Assembly (NCBI GenBank): GCA_934183325.1
Contig: CAKPSH010000005.1
Location: 7,749-71,748, forward strand
Length of the DNA stretch: 64,000 bases
Direction of reading: 5' to 3'
Source: an uncultured Clostridia bacterium
GTDB lineage: Bacteria > Bacillota > Clostridia > TANB77 > CAG-508
Position 1 is the first letter of the stretch. Each line of letters opens with the position of its first letter. Under the pieces are notes generated by a model, which saw only the letters and a program-made list of their open reading frames with translations, did no database searches and was not told where the DNA came from. A program made the position numbers and the translations under genes. Of this stretch, positions 9,209-19,588 are shown one piece after another.

Positions 9209-12200
9209 CTAATCATTGAAATTTCCTAAGAAATTTTTTATAGTTTTAATTACCTTTGCATCTTCACCTATTTTTTGTGTAATATATGGATTTATTCCTG
9301 CTGAAAATTTTATATCATTTTTATATTTCTCAACTAATTTTTGGATAATATTTGTATCAAATTTATTTGAATCAAATGTATATATAATCTTATTATTTCT
9401 TTGTACAATTTTTGTAATATTAGCTTTTTTAGCCAGTTGTTTTATCCTTGTTATTTCTAATAAACTTTCAACTTCTTTTGGCATATTTCCATATCTATCT
9501 GTTATTTCATCTATAACATTTTCAATATCTTGTTCTGTCTTACACAATGCAATATCTTGATAAATTTCAATTTTTTGACTACTACTTTGAATATATTCAT
9601 CTGGTATAAAGCTTGATATATTCAAATCTATTTGGATTTCTGGTTCTTCTTCAACTTTAATTCCTTGCATTTCTTTTACAACTTCATCCAATAATTTACA
9701 ATACATATCATATCCTACATCACCCATGTGTCCATGCTGTATTTCTCCTAATATGCTTCCAGCTCCACGAATTTCAAGGTCTCTCATTGCTATCTTAAAT
9801 CCTGAACCAAATTCAGTAAAGTCTTTTATTGCTCTTAATCTCTTATCTGCAACTTCAGATAATAGTTTATCCCTTTTATATGTTATATATGCATATGCTT
9901 CTCTATCACTTCTTCCAACTCTTCCTCTTATTTGATAAAGTTGTGCAAGTCCAAGTCTATCTGCGTTTTCTACAATTATAGTATTAGCATTTGGAATATC
10001 AATTCCAGATTCTAAAATAGTTGTACATACCATAACATTTGAACTTCCCCAAATATAATCTTTCATTATATTTTCTATTTCTTCTCCACTCATTTTTCCA
10101 TGGGCAAATACTACTTTTGCTTCTGGAACCATTTCTTGAATTTCCATAGCTTTTTTCTCTATGCCTTCAACATTATTATATAAATAATATACCTGTCCTC
10201 CTCTTTCTATTTCTCTTGTTATAGCTTCTCTAATAACTTCTTTATCATACTCTAATACATATGTTTGTACAGGTTTTCTATCTTGTGGTGGTTCATATAT
10301 TACAGACATATCTCTTACACCAACTATTGACATATGTAATGTTCTTGGAATTGGTGTTGCTGTCATTGTTAATACATCAACATTAGTTTTATATTCTTTT
10401 ATCTTTTCCTTATGTTTTACACCAAAACGGTGTTCCTCATCTATTACTAATAATCCTAAATCCTTAAACTCTACATCTTTACTTAGCAATCTGTGTGTAC
10501 CAATTATTATATCTATTTCGCCAAGTTTTAGTTTTTTTATAATTTCTTTTTGTTCTTTTGCTGTCTTAAAACGATTTAGAACTTCTACTTTTATTGGATA
10601 CCCTCTCATTCTTTCTTTAAAAGTTTCATATTGTTGACTAGCCAAAATTGTCGTTGGTGCCAAATATGCAACCTGCTTAGAATCCATACATGCTTTAAAA
10701 GCTGCTCTTAAAGCTACTTCTGTTTTTCCATATCCAACATCTCCACATAAAAGTCTATCCATAGGCTTTTGCATTTCCATATCTTTTTTTACTTCTTCTA
10801 TACACCTTAATTGATCATCTGTCTCTTGAAATGGAAAGTCATCTTCAAATTGTTTCTGCCAAGGAGTGTCTTTAGAAAAGGCATATCCTTTTGATTTTTC
10901 ACGTTTTGCATATAATTCAATCAAATTCTTTGCAATTTCTTGTAAATTAGATTTTACTTTTGCCTTTGTTTTTGCCCATTCTTTGCTTCCTAATCTATTA
11001 AGCTTTGGTGCAACATCTTCTCCTCCAACATATTTTCTTATACTATCTAATGCATCTGTTGGTATATATAAAATGTCGTCATCTTTATATCTAATTTTTA
11101 TATAATCTTTTATTACTCCATCTGCTTTTATAGTATTTACACCTATAAATTGTCCTATACCACTAGTTTTATGTACAATATAATCTCCTATTTTTAAATC
11201 AGCAAATACAACTGTCTCGCCTTCTCTAAATTCTTTGCTCATCCTTCTTCTAGGCTTCAAATAACCTTTTTTGTTTTCCTCATTAATTTGTTGTTTAAAA
11301 ATCTCATCTATTTCTTTTAAATCATCATATTTAAATATAAATACATTGTTTTTCTCTGAAATTGCATCTTGTTTTTCTAAGTAGATTTTTTTATAAGAAC
11401 TTATCCATTTTTCAACATCATTATAGTTATACATATTTTTCAATATATCTGGTACTTTTTTTTCTTTTTCCATTAAGTCTTTTATTACAAATTGATTATC
11501 ATTCAAAATGCTCTCTGTTCTTAATTTTATTCTGTTAGCTTCATCTAAAAATAATGTCCAATTAGAATCTAAATATTCAAAAATATTTCCTTTAGCTTCT
11601 CCTATTTCTTCTGTTGATGGATATATTTCTACACTTTGTAGATTGTCGATTGATCTTTGGCTTGAAATATTAAAAATTCTGATTGAATCTACTTCGTCTC
11701 CCCATAACTCAATTCTAGCTCCTTCCGTTTCTGAAATAGCTATATCTATAATATCTCCTCTTATGCTAAATTGTCCTCTTCCTTCAATTAAATCACATCT
11801 TGTATATCCTAATTTTACTAATTGTTCTTTTATTTCTTCTACATTATAACTTTTAGATGTTTCAAATTTTAAAATATTTTCATATAAAGTTTGTTTTGAA
11901 ATTATTGGTTGTAATATTGCTTCTATTGGTAATATTAGAATTTGTGCTTCGTTTCTATATATTTTATTTAATGTATTTATTCTTTCATATAATAAGTCTT
12001 TACTTTGAGCCTCTACTTGATATGTTGTTATTTCTTTTTTAGGAAATAGTACTACATTCTTATCAAAATACTTACAGTATTTAAACAAATCTTTTGCTTG
12101 AATTTCATTATATGTTACTATACATAATGGTTTATTTAATAATTTTAACGTTGTTCCTGTAATATATGATTTTGCAAAATCAGTTAAGCCCAATAAAAAT

Positions 12201-12283
12201 ATTGGACTTGTTTCATTTTGAGCTTCATTAATATAATTTTTAAACTGCTCATTATTTAATAATTTTTCAGTAATAACTTTCAC
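9209..12283 (-). CDS. mfd: Transcription-repair coupling factor Mfd
   Basis: UvrB-homology N-terminus; superfamily-2 helicase motifs (GDVGYGKTEVA, DEEHRFGV); TRG/CarD-like region. GTG start after AAAGAGG. At 1024 aa it is somewhat shorter than typical Mfd. Confidence 0.9.
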   Translation of the reverse strand: MKVITEKLLNNEQFKNYINEAQNETSPIFLLGLTDFAKSYITGTTLKLLNKPLCIVTYNEIQAKDLFKYCKYFDKNVVLFPKKEITTYQVEAQSKDLLYERINTLNKIYRNEAQILILPIEAILQPIISKQTLYENILKFETSKSYNVEEIKEQLVKLGYTRCDLIEGRGQFSIRGDIIDIAISETEGARIELWGDEVDSIRIFNISSQRSIDNLQSVEIYPSTEEIGEAKGNIFEYLDSNWTLFLDEANRIKLRTESILNDNQFVIKDLMEKEKKVPDILKNMYNYNDVEKWISSYKKIYLEKQDAISEKNNVFIFKYDDLKEIDEIFKQQINEENKKGYLKPRRRMSKEFREGETVVFADLKIGDYIVHKTSGIGQFIGVNTIKADGVIKDYIKIRYKDDDILYIPTDALDSIRKYVGGEDVAPKLNRLGSKEWAKTKAKVKSNLQEIAKNLIELYAKREKSKGYAFSKDTPWQKQFEDDFPFQETDDQLRCIEEVKKDMEMQKPMDRLLCGDVGYGKTEVALRAAFKACMDSKQVAYLAPTTILASQQYETFKERMRGYPIKVEVLNRFKTAKEQKEIIKKLKLGEIDIIIGTHRLLSKDVEFKDLGLLVIDEEHRFGVKHKEKIKEYKTNVDVLTMTATPIPRTLHMSIVGVRDMSVIYEPPQDRKPVQTYVLEYDKEVIREAITREIERGGQVYYLYNNVEGIEKKAMEIQEMVPEAKVVFAHGKMSGEEIENIMKDYIWGSSNVMVCTTILESGIDIPNANTIIVENADRLGLAQLYQIRGRVGRSDREAYAYITYKRDKLLSEVADKRLRAIKDFTEFGSGFKIAMRDLEIRGAGSILGEIQHGHMGDVGYDMYCKLLDEVVKEMQGIKVEEEPEIQIDLNISSFIPDEYIQSSSQKIEIYQDIALCKTEQDIENVIDEITDRYGNMPKEVESLLEITRIKQLAKKANITKIVQRNNKIIYTFDSNKFDTNIIQKLVEKYKNDIKFSAGINPYITQKIGEDAKVIKTIKNFLGNFND

Positions 12284-12361
12284 TTTAAATTAGCCTCTTT
12301 CTATTTGTTATCAATATAATTTATTATACAACTTTATTTATAATTAAACAAGTGTTTCTTA

Positions 12362-13111
12362 TTATTTTTCTTTGTTTAATTCTTTCTTTATTCTTGAAAA
12401 ATCTTTAACTGCTTGTATTCCAATTTTAATGATATTTCTTAAATTTATAGAATTTTTTCCACCCTGTCTAGGTCTAAATGTTATTTTTCTAAACTCAACA
12501 TTTTCCTTGTTCTTTATTAATAAAACTGTTAACATTACATTTGATAAATTAAAATGTTCTGGTATCATTGGATAATATTTGCTTAATACTTCATTTTTCA
12601 TTAATCTATACGGCGTATTTGCATCTGTTATTTTTAATCCAAATATCACAAATAATACTAATTTTAATACTTTTGTTACAAATATTCTTGAAATTCCATC
12701 TTTTCTGTTATTTCTATATCCAATAATTGCTGAATGCTTATCTCTATCCTTCCAAAAATCCCAAAATTCACTAGCAAGTGTTTGACCATCTGAATCTGTT
12801 TGAAATATATAACTAGCATTATTTTCTAATGCATAATTATACCCATATAAAATAGTGTCTCCATGTCCTCCGTTTTTTTTTGATAATACTACTAGATTTT
12901 CAAATTTTTCTTTTAATTTCTTCAGTTTTTTTAATGTATTATCCTTGCTCCCATCATCTATAACAACTAATTTTGAATCATTTTTTATTTTATCAATTAC
13001 TTCATACCATTCTTCTACTATATTTTCTATGTTACTTTCTTCATTATATGCAGGTATTACAATATATAGATTATCCTTTTCCAAAATATATCCCTCTTTT
13101 TCCTTGTTCAT
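12362..13111 (-). CDS. Family 2 glycosyltransferase, GtrB/dolichyl-phosphate-sugar synthase-like
   Basis: IVIPAYNEE...VIDDGS(K)D... GT2 signatures and a C-terminal hydrophobic segment. Confidence 0.75.
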   Translation of the reverse strand: MNKEKEGYILEKDNLYIVIPAYNEESNIENIVEEWYEVIDKIKNDSKLVVIDDGSKDNTLKKLKKLKEKFENLVVLSKKNGGHGDTILYGYNYALENNASYIFQTDSDGQTLASEFWDFWKDRDKHSAIIGYRNNRKDGISRIFVTKVLKLVLFVIFGLKITDANTPYRLMKNEVLSKYYPMIPEHFNLSNVMLTVLLIKNKENVEFRKITFRPRQGGKNSINLRNIIKIGIQAVKDFSRIKKELNKEK

Positions 13112-13183
13112 TATATCATAATTATATTTTTGTATAAATATATATCACATTTTTTCATAATTAAAACTTTTTTCATATTTCGC

Positions 13184-13212
13184 TTGCATTTTATATGTTT
13201 TCATGATACAAT
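13184..13212 (+). promoter_or_regulatory. Putative sigma-A promoter of rpsT (TTGCAT -17- TGaTACAAT extended -10)
   Basis: -35 TTGCAT at 13184-13189, 17-nt spacer, extended -10 TGATACAAT ending at 13212. About 45 nt upstream of the rpsT RBS AAGAGGAGG. Confidence 0.45.
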
Positions 13213-13258
13213 ATTTAGCGATATTGTTTAGACTTAAATTAAGAGGAGGTGCTTATAA

Positions 13259-13522
13259 ATGCCAAACATAAAATCAGCTATTAAAAGAACAAGAATTATA
13301 GAAAAGAAAACTTTACAAAATAATATGGTTAAATCAGAATATAAAACAGCTGTTAGAAAATTCGAAGCTGCAGTTACTGCTGGTAACGTTGAAGAAGCTC
13401 AAAAATTATATAGTGAAGCTACAAAGAAAATAGATATGGCTTGCTCAAAAGGTGTTATTGTAAAAAACACAGCAGCAAGAAAAAAATCTACAATGTCTAA
13501 AAAATTAAATGCTATGAAATAA
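13259..13522 (+). CDS. rpsT: 30S ribosomal protein S20
   Basis: [13 protein letters not shown]... is the canonical S20. Strong RBS. Confidence 0.95.
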   Translation: MPNIKSAIKRTRIIEKKTLQNNMVKSEYKTAVRKFEAAVTAGNVEEAQKLYSEATKKIDMACSKGVIVKNTAARKKSTMSKKLNAMK

Positions 13523-13525
13523 TAA

Positions 13526-13566
13526 AAAGAAACTTAAACTTTAAAAGTTTGAGTTTCTTTTTATTA
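13526..13566. terminator. Bidirectional rho-independent terminator (rpsT and convergent UDG gene)
   Basis: Hairpin AAAGAAACTTAAACT/AGTTTGAGTTTCTTT followed by a T-run. Confidence 0.55.
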
Positions 13567-13572
13567 TTGACT

Positions 13573-14127
13573 CTATTCATTTTCTAATAATTTATATGCT
13601 AATTTTAAGTCATTCCAAAAATCTATTTTTTTATTTTCATCTCTTAATAAAGCGGCAGGATGCCATGTAGATACATATATTATTCCCTTTTTTTCTATAA
13701 TCTTTCCTCTTGAAGCTGTTATTCCATATTCTTCACCTAAGATATTTTTTAAAGCAATTCTTCCTAGCAGTACTATTACTTTAGGTTTTATAAGTATTAC
13801 TTGATTTCTTAAATAATCTATACAAGCTTTTATTTCATCAATCTCTGGATCTCTATTATTAGGTGGTCTGCATTTTACAATATTTGCAATATATACTTCT
13901 TCCCTTTTTATACCTAACCCATCAAAAGCTTTATTCATAAGTTGTCCAGCCTTTCCAACAAAAGGTATCCCTTGTGTGTCTTCATCTGCACCTGGACCTT
14001 CACCAATAAGCATTAATTTTGCTTCCTTATTACCTGTTCCAAATACAATATTCTTTCTTCCATTACATAATTTACATTTTTTACAATCTTTTATTGATCC
14101 TTCTAATTCTTCCCAGTTATCGTACAT
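13573..14127 (-). CDS. Uracil-DNA glycosylase, family 4 (Fe-S type)
   Basis: CKKCKLC...GEGPGADEDTQGIPFVGKAGQLM are family-4 UDG motifs. Confidence 0.8.
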   Translation of the reverse strand: MYDNWEELEGSIKDCKKCKLCNGRKNIVFGTGNKEAKLMLIGEGPGADEDTQGIPFVGKAGQLMNKAFDGLGIKREEVYIANIVKCRPPNNRDPEIDEIKACIDYLRNQVILIKPKVIVLLGRIALKNILGEEYGITASRGKIIEKKGIIYVSTWHPAALLRDENKKIDFWNDLKLAYKLLENE

Positions 14128-14142
14128 TTATAGATACTCCTT

Positions 14143-15069
14143 TTATAATAAACAGTTTTCTAATAGTTTTATCTTTTCTTTTTCCTTTGTATCTATTTTT
14201 GCTTTTACTCCTATAGGAATAACCATTTTATCATTAATATGTCCAAAATTATCTGACTTAATAATTGGAAATTGAATATTTTCTCCTAAAACATTTAAAA
14301 CTATTTGTTCTAAGCTATAATCACTTGAATAATTTCCAATCCATAATCCTTTAATATTTTTAAAAACATCATTTTGTTTCATATAATATAAATAGCTACT
14401 TGCCAATGCAGGTGGAGTCTCATAACATAACTCTTCTATAAATAATATTTTATCTTTAAAATCAATTGCATACTTACCTGCTGAAAATCTTGAAATAAGA
14501 CTTAAATTTCCTCCAACTAATATTCCTTCTGCTTCTCCTTCATTTATCGTTCTAATCTCATCTTGCTTACTTTCAAGTTTTAAGCCTCCATCAATAAATC
14601 TATTTATAAATTCTCTTCTTGTATATTCAGATTCTCCTTTAAATTCTTCTGATAATGATGTAAAATTGGGACCTTGAAAAGTTACCAATCCTGTCTTTAA
14701 ATATATAGCATTGATTAATGATGTTGGATCACTATATCCACATATTATTTTAGGATTTCTCTTTATATTTTCAAAATCTAAATATTCATAAACACCATTA
14801 ACATTTTCTCCTCCACAAGCACAAAAAATAGCTGTTATATTTTTATCTGAAAACATTTTATTTATTTCTTTAGCTTTATTTTCTGCTGATGTATCATATC
14901 CAAGTTCATTTGCATCTAAGTACTTTCCAAATTCAACTTTTAACCCCAGATTTTCTAAAAATTCTGTGGCACTATCAATCTCTATTTTTCTTTCTTTTGT
15001 AAGAGCTTCAGAGGTTCTTACTATTCCTATAGTATCACCTTTTTTTATTCGATTTGCTAACATTTTCAT
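14143..15069 (-). CDS. ldcA: LD-carboxypeptidase (peptidase S66, LdcA-like)
   Basis: S66 family architecture. AGGAGG RBS. Confidence 0.75.
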   Translation of the reverse strand: MKMLANRIKKGDTIGIVRTSEALTKERKIEIDSATEFLENLGLKVEFGKYLDANELGYDTSAENKAKEINKMFSDKNITAIFCACGGENVNGVYEYLDFENIKRNPKIICGYSDPTSLINAIYLKTGLVTFQGPNFTSLSEEFKGESEYTRREFINRFIDGGLKLESKQDEIRTINEGEAEGILVGGNLSLISRFSAGKYAIDFKDKILFIEELCYETPPALASSYLYYMKQNDVFKNIKGLWIGNYSSDYSLEQIVLNVLGENIQFPIIKSDNFGHINDKMVIPIGVKAKIDTKEKEKIKLLENCLL

Positions 15070-15078
15070 GTCCTCCTC

Positions 15079-15873
15079 TTAAATTAAAGTTATTATTCCC
15101 GTATTTCTTCCTGATGCTTCTTTATCTACTCTATATGAATGAAATTTATCTGAATTACATACAGTACATATATCACAATCAATTATATTTTTCTCTTGTA
15201 GTCCTAAATTTAATAGCACGGTTTTATTAATTAGCACAGTATCAATATTATATTTTTGCTTATTTTCTTTTATTTTTCCTTTTGATATTATATCATCAAT
15301 ATTGTATAAATATTTAAATTTTTCATAAAATTTAACAGCAATATCTTCATCAACTTCAAAATGGCATTTTCTTATACTTGGTGCAATACAACATATCAAA
15401 TCTTTTGTATTGCACCCATACTTATCCACCATATTTTCCACAGTGTTCTTAGAAATTAATTGAAATGTTCCTTGCCAGCCTGAATGAGTGTTTCCTATTA
15501 CCATTTTTACAGGATCAAAAAACATTAAATCTATACAATCAGCTATTGATATTGATAAAATCTTATCTTTTTTATTTGTTATAAGACCATCTATATTCAT
15601 CATATCTTCTGTAAATATTCCCGGAGCAACTTCATCTACGCATTTTATATTGGCTGTATGAGTTTGATATGGTCTATATATATCATTTTTGTTAATCTTT
15701 AAATAATCACATATTATTCCATAATTTTTTATTACATTCTGTTTATTATTATAGTATTGCTCATTATTACCTATACTTATTGGTCTTAATGTTATACAAT
15801 GTTTTAATTTTTCTTCATATTCTAATAACTTTGTAAATTGTAAAAAATTATCTTTTATAACTATTTTCTCCAT
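15079..15873 (-). CDS. pgeF: YfiH/PgeF-family (DUF152) peptidoglycan-editing factor / purine nucleoside phosphorylase
   Basis: RPYQTHT...CTVCNSDKFHSYR... conserved His/Cys constellation of the YfiH family. Confidence 0.8.
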   Translation of the reverse strand: MEKIVIKDNFLQFTKLLEYEEKLKHCITLRPISIGNNEQYYNNKQNVIKNYGIICDYLKINKNDIYRPYQTHTANIKCVDEVAPGIFTEDMMNIDGLITNKKDKILSISIADCIDLMFFDPVKMVIGNTHSGWQGTFQLISKNTVENMVDKYGCNTKDLICCIAPSIRKCHFEVDEDIAVKFYEKFKYLYNIDDIISKGKIKENKQKYNIDTVLINKTVLLNLGLQEKNIIDCDICTVCNSDKFHSYRVDKEASGRNTGIITLI

Positions 15874-15890
15874 TTTTACTTCTTTCTCGT

Positions 15891-18800
15891 CTAATCTTCA
15901 AAATTAAAATGACGTATATAATTATATTTATTTTTGCTGGCATTAAACTGACATATAGACTTATATTTACAATAGTCACACCCTGTTCTTTTATCTTTAT
16001 AAAATGGTTTTATATCTATATTTCCATCAAAAATTTCTTTTGATATTTTTCTTATCTCTTTTATTGTTGAGGCCTGTAATTCTTTAAATTGCTTTTCAGA
16101 AACACAAGAGGATCTTGATTTACTTATATTGTTTTTACTATCAATATATACCGGAATTATATTTGATGACCCCTTCTCTAATTTAGTATCCATTTTTCTA
16201 ACTATATTTATATCTGATAAAACTATTCCATTCATTCTAAATTTCTTTTTTATAAGCTTTTCTATGTCTTCACTAGTATTATTTCTATCTATTCCAGTTA
16301 TTGTTGGTTCTATTAAACTAAAATATAATGCACCTGCAGGCATAAAATCTTCAATTTTAGTTACAGCATCCATATATGTTAATAATTGTATTTGAAGTCC
16401 TGCCATCACTTCATCTATATCTATATCCTTTACTGAGGATTTATAATCGATTATTCTTACATAATTTCCATCTTCTGTTTTTAGTACATCGACTCTATCT
16501 ATTTTTCCTATAATTTCTACTTTTTTTCCATTATCCAATTTTACTTCAATAGCTGGATATTTTCCAACTTTTCCGAATTCTACCTCATGTCCCCATACTT
16601 GAAATTCGCTATATTTTAAACTATCAACTATATATTTCAAAGCTCTTAATACTACTTTTTGTAATCTAAAAGTAAGAGTCCTAAATTTGGCTGTACTTGT
16701 AAATATATAGTTTTTGTTTAATTTTAATTTTTCTTCTATTATTTCTTTAACAATTCTTTCCAATTCTTCCTCTGTTATATTTTTTATTTCTATACCTTCA
16801 TCTTGAATTTTTCCAAAGAAGCTATCGATAACTTCATGCATGAAATTTCCTGTATCAATACTTTGTAATTGAAAAGTATCTGTTTCATTAATATTTAGTC
16901 CATATTTTAAATAAAATGAAAATGGGCATTTTCTGTATTGTTCTAGTCGTGATATACTTGTAAAAATTGTATCTCCATACATATTGTTTATATTCTCAGC
17001 AGTTATTTTTTCTGGATTGTTTGTATATCTTTCTCCTTTTAATGCTTTATCTAACTTTTGCTTCCATTCATTATCATTTTGATATATATTGTAAATATCA
17101 AACCAAACATTATCAATTTCCTCACCATCATCAAATTGTCTTAGTTTTTCTAAGAGATTTTCAAATGTAGCTTTTTTATTTGTAATAGCATTATCTTTTT
17201 TTATAATATCACTATCTTCTTTTAATTTTGGAAATATTTTCTTTATTTTATATATTAAAGTTGATGGCTTTAGTGGTGTTCCATCTGTACTTGCTGAAGA
17301 ATATGATAAGAATAATTTTTCTTCAGCAGTTGTAAATGCTTTATAAATATTAAAATTTTCCTCATATATTTGTTCTTTTGTTGTCTTTGCTAGATTAATT
17401 CCTTGTTGTTCAAGTATTTCTCTATCTATATCATTTAAAAATCCTTCATCTTTATTTTGACTTGGAAATATACCATCATTTAATCCAATAATAAATATTA
17501 TATCTGTCTTTTTACTTCTAGATCTGTTTACATCTCCAATAACTACTTGATCATTTGTTGCAGGAATAGAATTTAAATTGTTTTCACTAAAAGCTAGTTT
17601 TAATGTCTGTGAATATTTCTCAAAACTCATATTTTCATTTTCAAAAATTAGTACAATTTCATCAAATATCTGTATTAACAAATTCCATGTTGATATATAC
17701 TGTTGTTTTCTTTGTTCTTCATTTTCTATATTAATTAATTTTTGTTCTATATTGTTCTCTAATAAAAACTTATATAGTTCTGTTGTTATTTGTTTTACAG
17801 TATTTTTTCCTTTTAAATTGTCTCTTAGTTTTAATAATGGATCAACTACTTTTTTTCTTATTACGTTTATTTTATTTTCTTTATCAATATCTATTGTCCA
17901 ATCTTTACTATACCATTTATTATATTTAATTCCCCATTTTCTAGCATAGTTTTCTAACATAAAAATTTCTTCACTATTAATATCACAGAATCCTAATTTC
18001 ACATAATTTATGACAGCTTCAAATTCCCAATTCTTTGAAAAGACTTCTAATATTGATAAAATATATTTTATTAATATATTTTGACTTAAATCTTCATTTT
18101 GATCAATAAATACTGGTATATCATATTTAGAAAAAATGGCTTTTGCTAAGCTTGCATAATTTTCTATATTTTTAGTAATAATTGAAATTTCTTTATATCT
18201 TTTATTATTATCTCTTACTAATTCAACTATTTTATTAGCGACATATTCTATTTCAGAATATGGATTCGCTGATAAAAATAATTTTATATTTTTTATTTCA
18301 CTTTGATATTGAATATATGGTGTTTTATATAAATTTTCTTCTAATACTTTAAGTTCTTCACTTTTAAATCTATACATTTTTTCTTTGAAAACAGGATTTT
18401 CTATTTCTATACCATTTTCATTAGCTAAACTTATTAATTTAGTGACGGTTTTCTTATTTGTATAAAATATATCTCCTACTTTGTTATTACTTTGAAGAAT
18501 TGAATCAGTGCATACTGTTATATTTACACTTTTTGCACATTGCAAAAGTCTTAATATAATTTTATATTCTTGAGGTGTAAATCCAACAAACTCATCAATA
18601 TAAATTATTGTATTTTTAAACATATTTGTAAAAGGTAATTGTTTTTCTAGTATAGTTAGCTTATCATTTTCGTCTATAAAATTTTCTTCTATTCTTTCTT
18701 CAAATTTTTTATAAATGTATATAACATCCTGAATTTTTCTCTTTAGATATTCATCCTCTTCTTCTTTTAATACTTTTTCTAAATCTTCAACTTTTATTGC

Positions 18801-19181
18801 ATGTGTTTTTAATTCTGTTATTAATCTAGATATAACCTCTACATTCTTGGTGGTTTTTCCCAATAATTGAAGATTATTTTTATTTCTATCCAAAATATCC
18901 ATAATAATCATTGATTTTCCATATTTAGCCAAATTAACTTTTGTTACTCCCCCAACTTCGCTTTTTACTCTATATGCCATTCTATCAAAAGTTAATACTT
19001 CTGCATTAATAACAGATTCTGTTTCAATATTATTTAATAGCTTTACTTCTGCCGTAAATGAAAATTGCTCTGGTGTTATTATATATATTTTTTCTTCTTT
19101 ATTTATTGCATTACATATTTCTCTAAAAATAAATTCACTTTTACCTGTTCCTGATTTACCATATATTAATCTTAATCCCAT
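15891..19181 (-). CDS. addB: ATP-dependent helicase/deoxyribonuclease subunit B (AddB/RexB)
   Basis: N-terminal degenerate Walker A (GKSGTGKS); C-terminal PD-(D/E)XK nuclease with an Fe-S Cys cluster (one early Cys, then C-x2-C-x5-C: CDYCKYKSIC). Confidence 0.85.
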   Translation of the reverse strand: MGLRLIYGKSGTGKSEFIFREICNAINKEEKIYIITPEQFSFTAEVKLLNNIETESVINAEVLTFDRMAYRVKSEVGGVTKVNLAKYGKSMIIMDILDRNKNNLQLLGKTTKNVEVISRLITELKTHAIKVEDLEKVLKEEEDEYLKRKIQDVIYIYKKFEERIEENFIDENDKLTILEKQLPFTNMFKNTIIYIDEFVGFTPQEYKIILRLLQCAKSVNITVCTDSILQSNNKVGDIFYTNKKTVTKLISLANENGIEIENPVFKEKMYRFKSEELKVLEENLYKTPYIQYQSEIKNIKLFLSANPYSEIEYVANKIVELVRDNNKRYKEISIITKNIENYASLAKAIFSKYDIPVFIDQNEDLSQNILIKYILSILEVFSKNWEFEAVINYVKLGFCDINSEEIFMLENYARKWGIKYNKWYSKDWTIDIDKENKINVIRKKVVDPLLKLRDNLKGKNTVKQITTELYKFLLENNIEQKLINIENEEQRKQQYISTWNLLIQIFDEIVLIFENENMSFEKYSQTLKLAFSENNLNSIPATNDQVVIGDVNRSRSKKTDIIFIIGLNDGIFPSQNKDEGFLNDIDREILEQQGINLAKTTKEQIYEENFNIYKAFTTAEEKLFLSYSSASTDGTPLKPSTLIYKIKKIFPKLKEDSDIIKKDNAITNKKATFENLLEKLRQFDDGEEIDNVWFDIYNIYQNDNEWKQKLDKALKGERYTNNPEKITAENINNMYGDTIFTSISRLEQYRKCPFSFYLKYGLNINETDTFQLQSIDTGNFMHEVIDSFFGKIQDEGIEIKNITEEELERIVKEIIEEKLKLNKNYIFTSTAKFRTLTFRLQKVVLRALKYIVDSLKYSEFQVWGHEVEFGKVGKYPAIEVKLDNGKKVEIIGKIDRVDVLKTEDGNYVRIIDYKSSVKDIDIDEVMAGLQIQLLTYMDAVTKIEDFMPAGALYFSLIEPTITGIDRNNTSEDIEKLIKKKFRMNGIVLSDINIVRKMDTKLEKGSSNIIPVYIDSKNNISKSRSSCVSEKQFKELQASTIKEIRKISKEIFDGNIDIKPFYKDKRTGCDYCKYKSICQFNASKNKYNYIRHFNFED

Positions 19182-19336
19182 ATTCTCTCCTTATTTTTTA
19201 TATTCTAACATAAAATAAATTCAAAAACAACTTTCATTTTTATGTAAATCTTATTTACTTTTTAACAAAATAGTGCTATAATATTATTGTTTGCGAATCA
19301 CAAGTTGATTCTTTACCTGCAAAAAAGGAGAAAGCA

Positions 19337-19540
19337 ATGCGAAAGAACAGACGTGTTGCACCATCTAAGCCAAATTCCTGGGGAAAAAACTTGGATGGTG
19401 AGCCAATCATGAGAGGACTTTCTAGCCGCTCTCACCTAAGCAAGTCACAGATTTGGGAACAGACCATTAAGCAAGATTGTGATGCCCATCAGTCAGCAAT
19501 GCATCGCTTAAAGAAAAGAAAGTCAAAAACAAAGGATTAA
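19337..19540 (+). CDS. Small highly basic protein (67 aa), compositionally atypical monocistronic unit
   Basis: Extended -10 TGCTATAAT upstream; strong RBS AAGGAG 8 nt before the ATG; own terminator. About 45% GC against a ~25% background. Confidence 0.5.
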   Translation: MRKNRRVAPSKPNSWGKNLDGEPIMRGLSSRSHLSKSQIWEQTIKQDCDAHQSAMHRLKKRKSKTKD

Positions 19541-19548
19541 AATAACTG

Positions 19549-19588
19549 CACACACCTTTAGGTGTGTGCAGTTATTTTTTATATTCTT
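19549..19588 (+). terminator. Rho-independent terminator of the small-protein gene
   Basis: AACTGCACACACC-TTTA-GGTGTGTGCAGTT hairpin followed by ATTTTTT. Confidence 0.65.

Noticed and set aside
9216-12042. Several 60-115-aa plus-strand ORFs within mfd (9216-9560, 9726-9935, 10866-11105, 11508-11849, 11857-12042)
   Set aside because: All antisense to mfd, which has an unambiguous full-length helicase alignment. No RBS.
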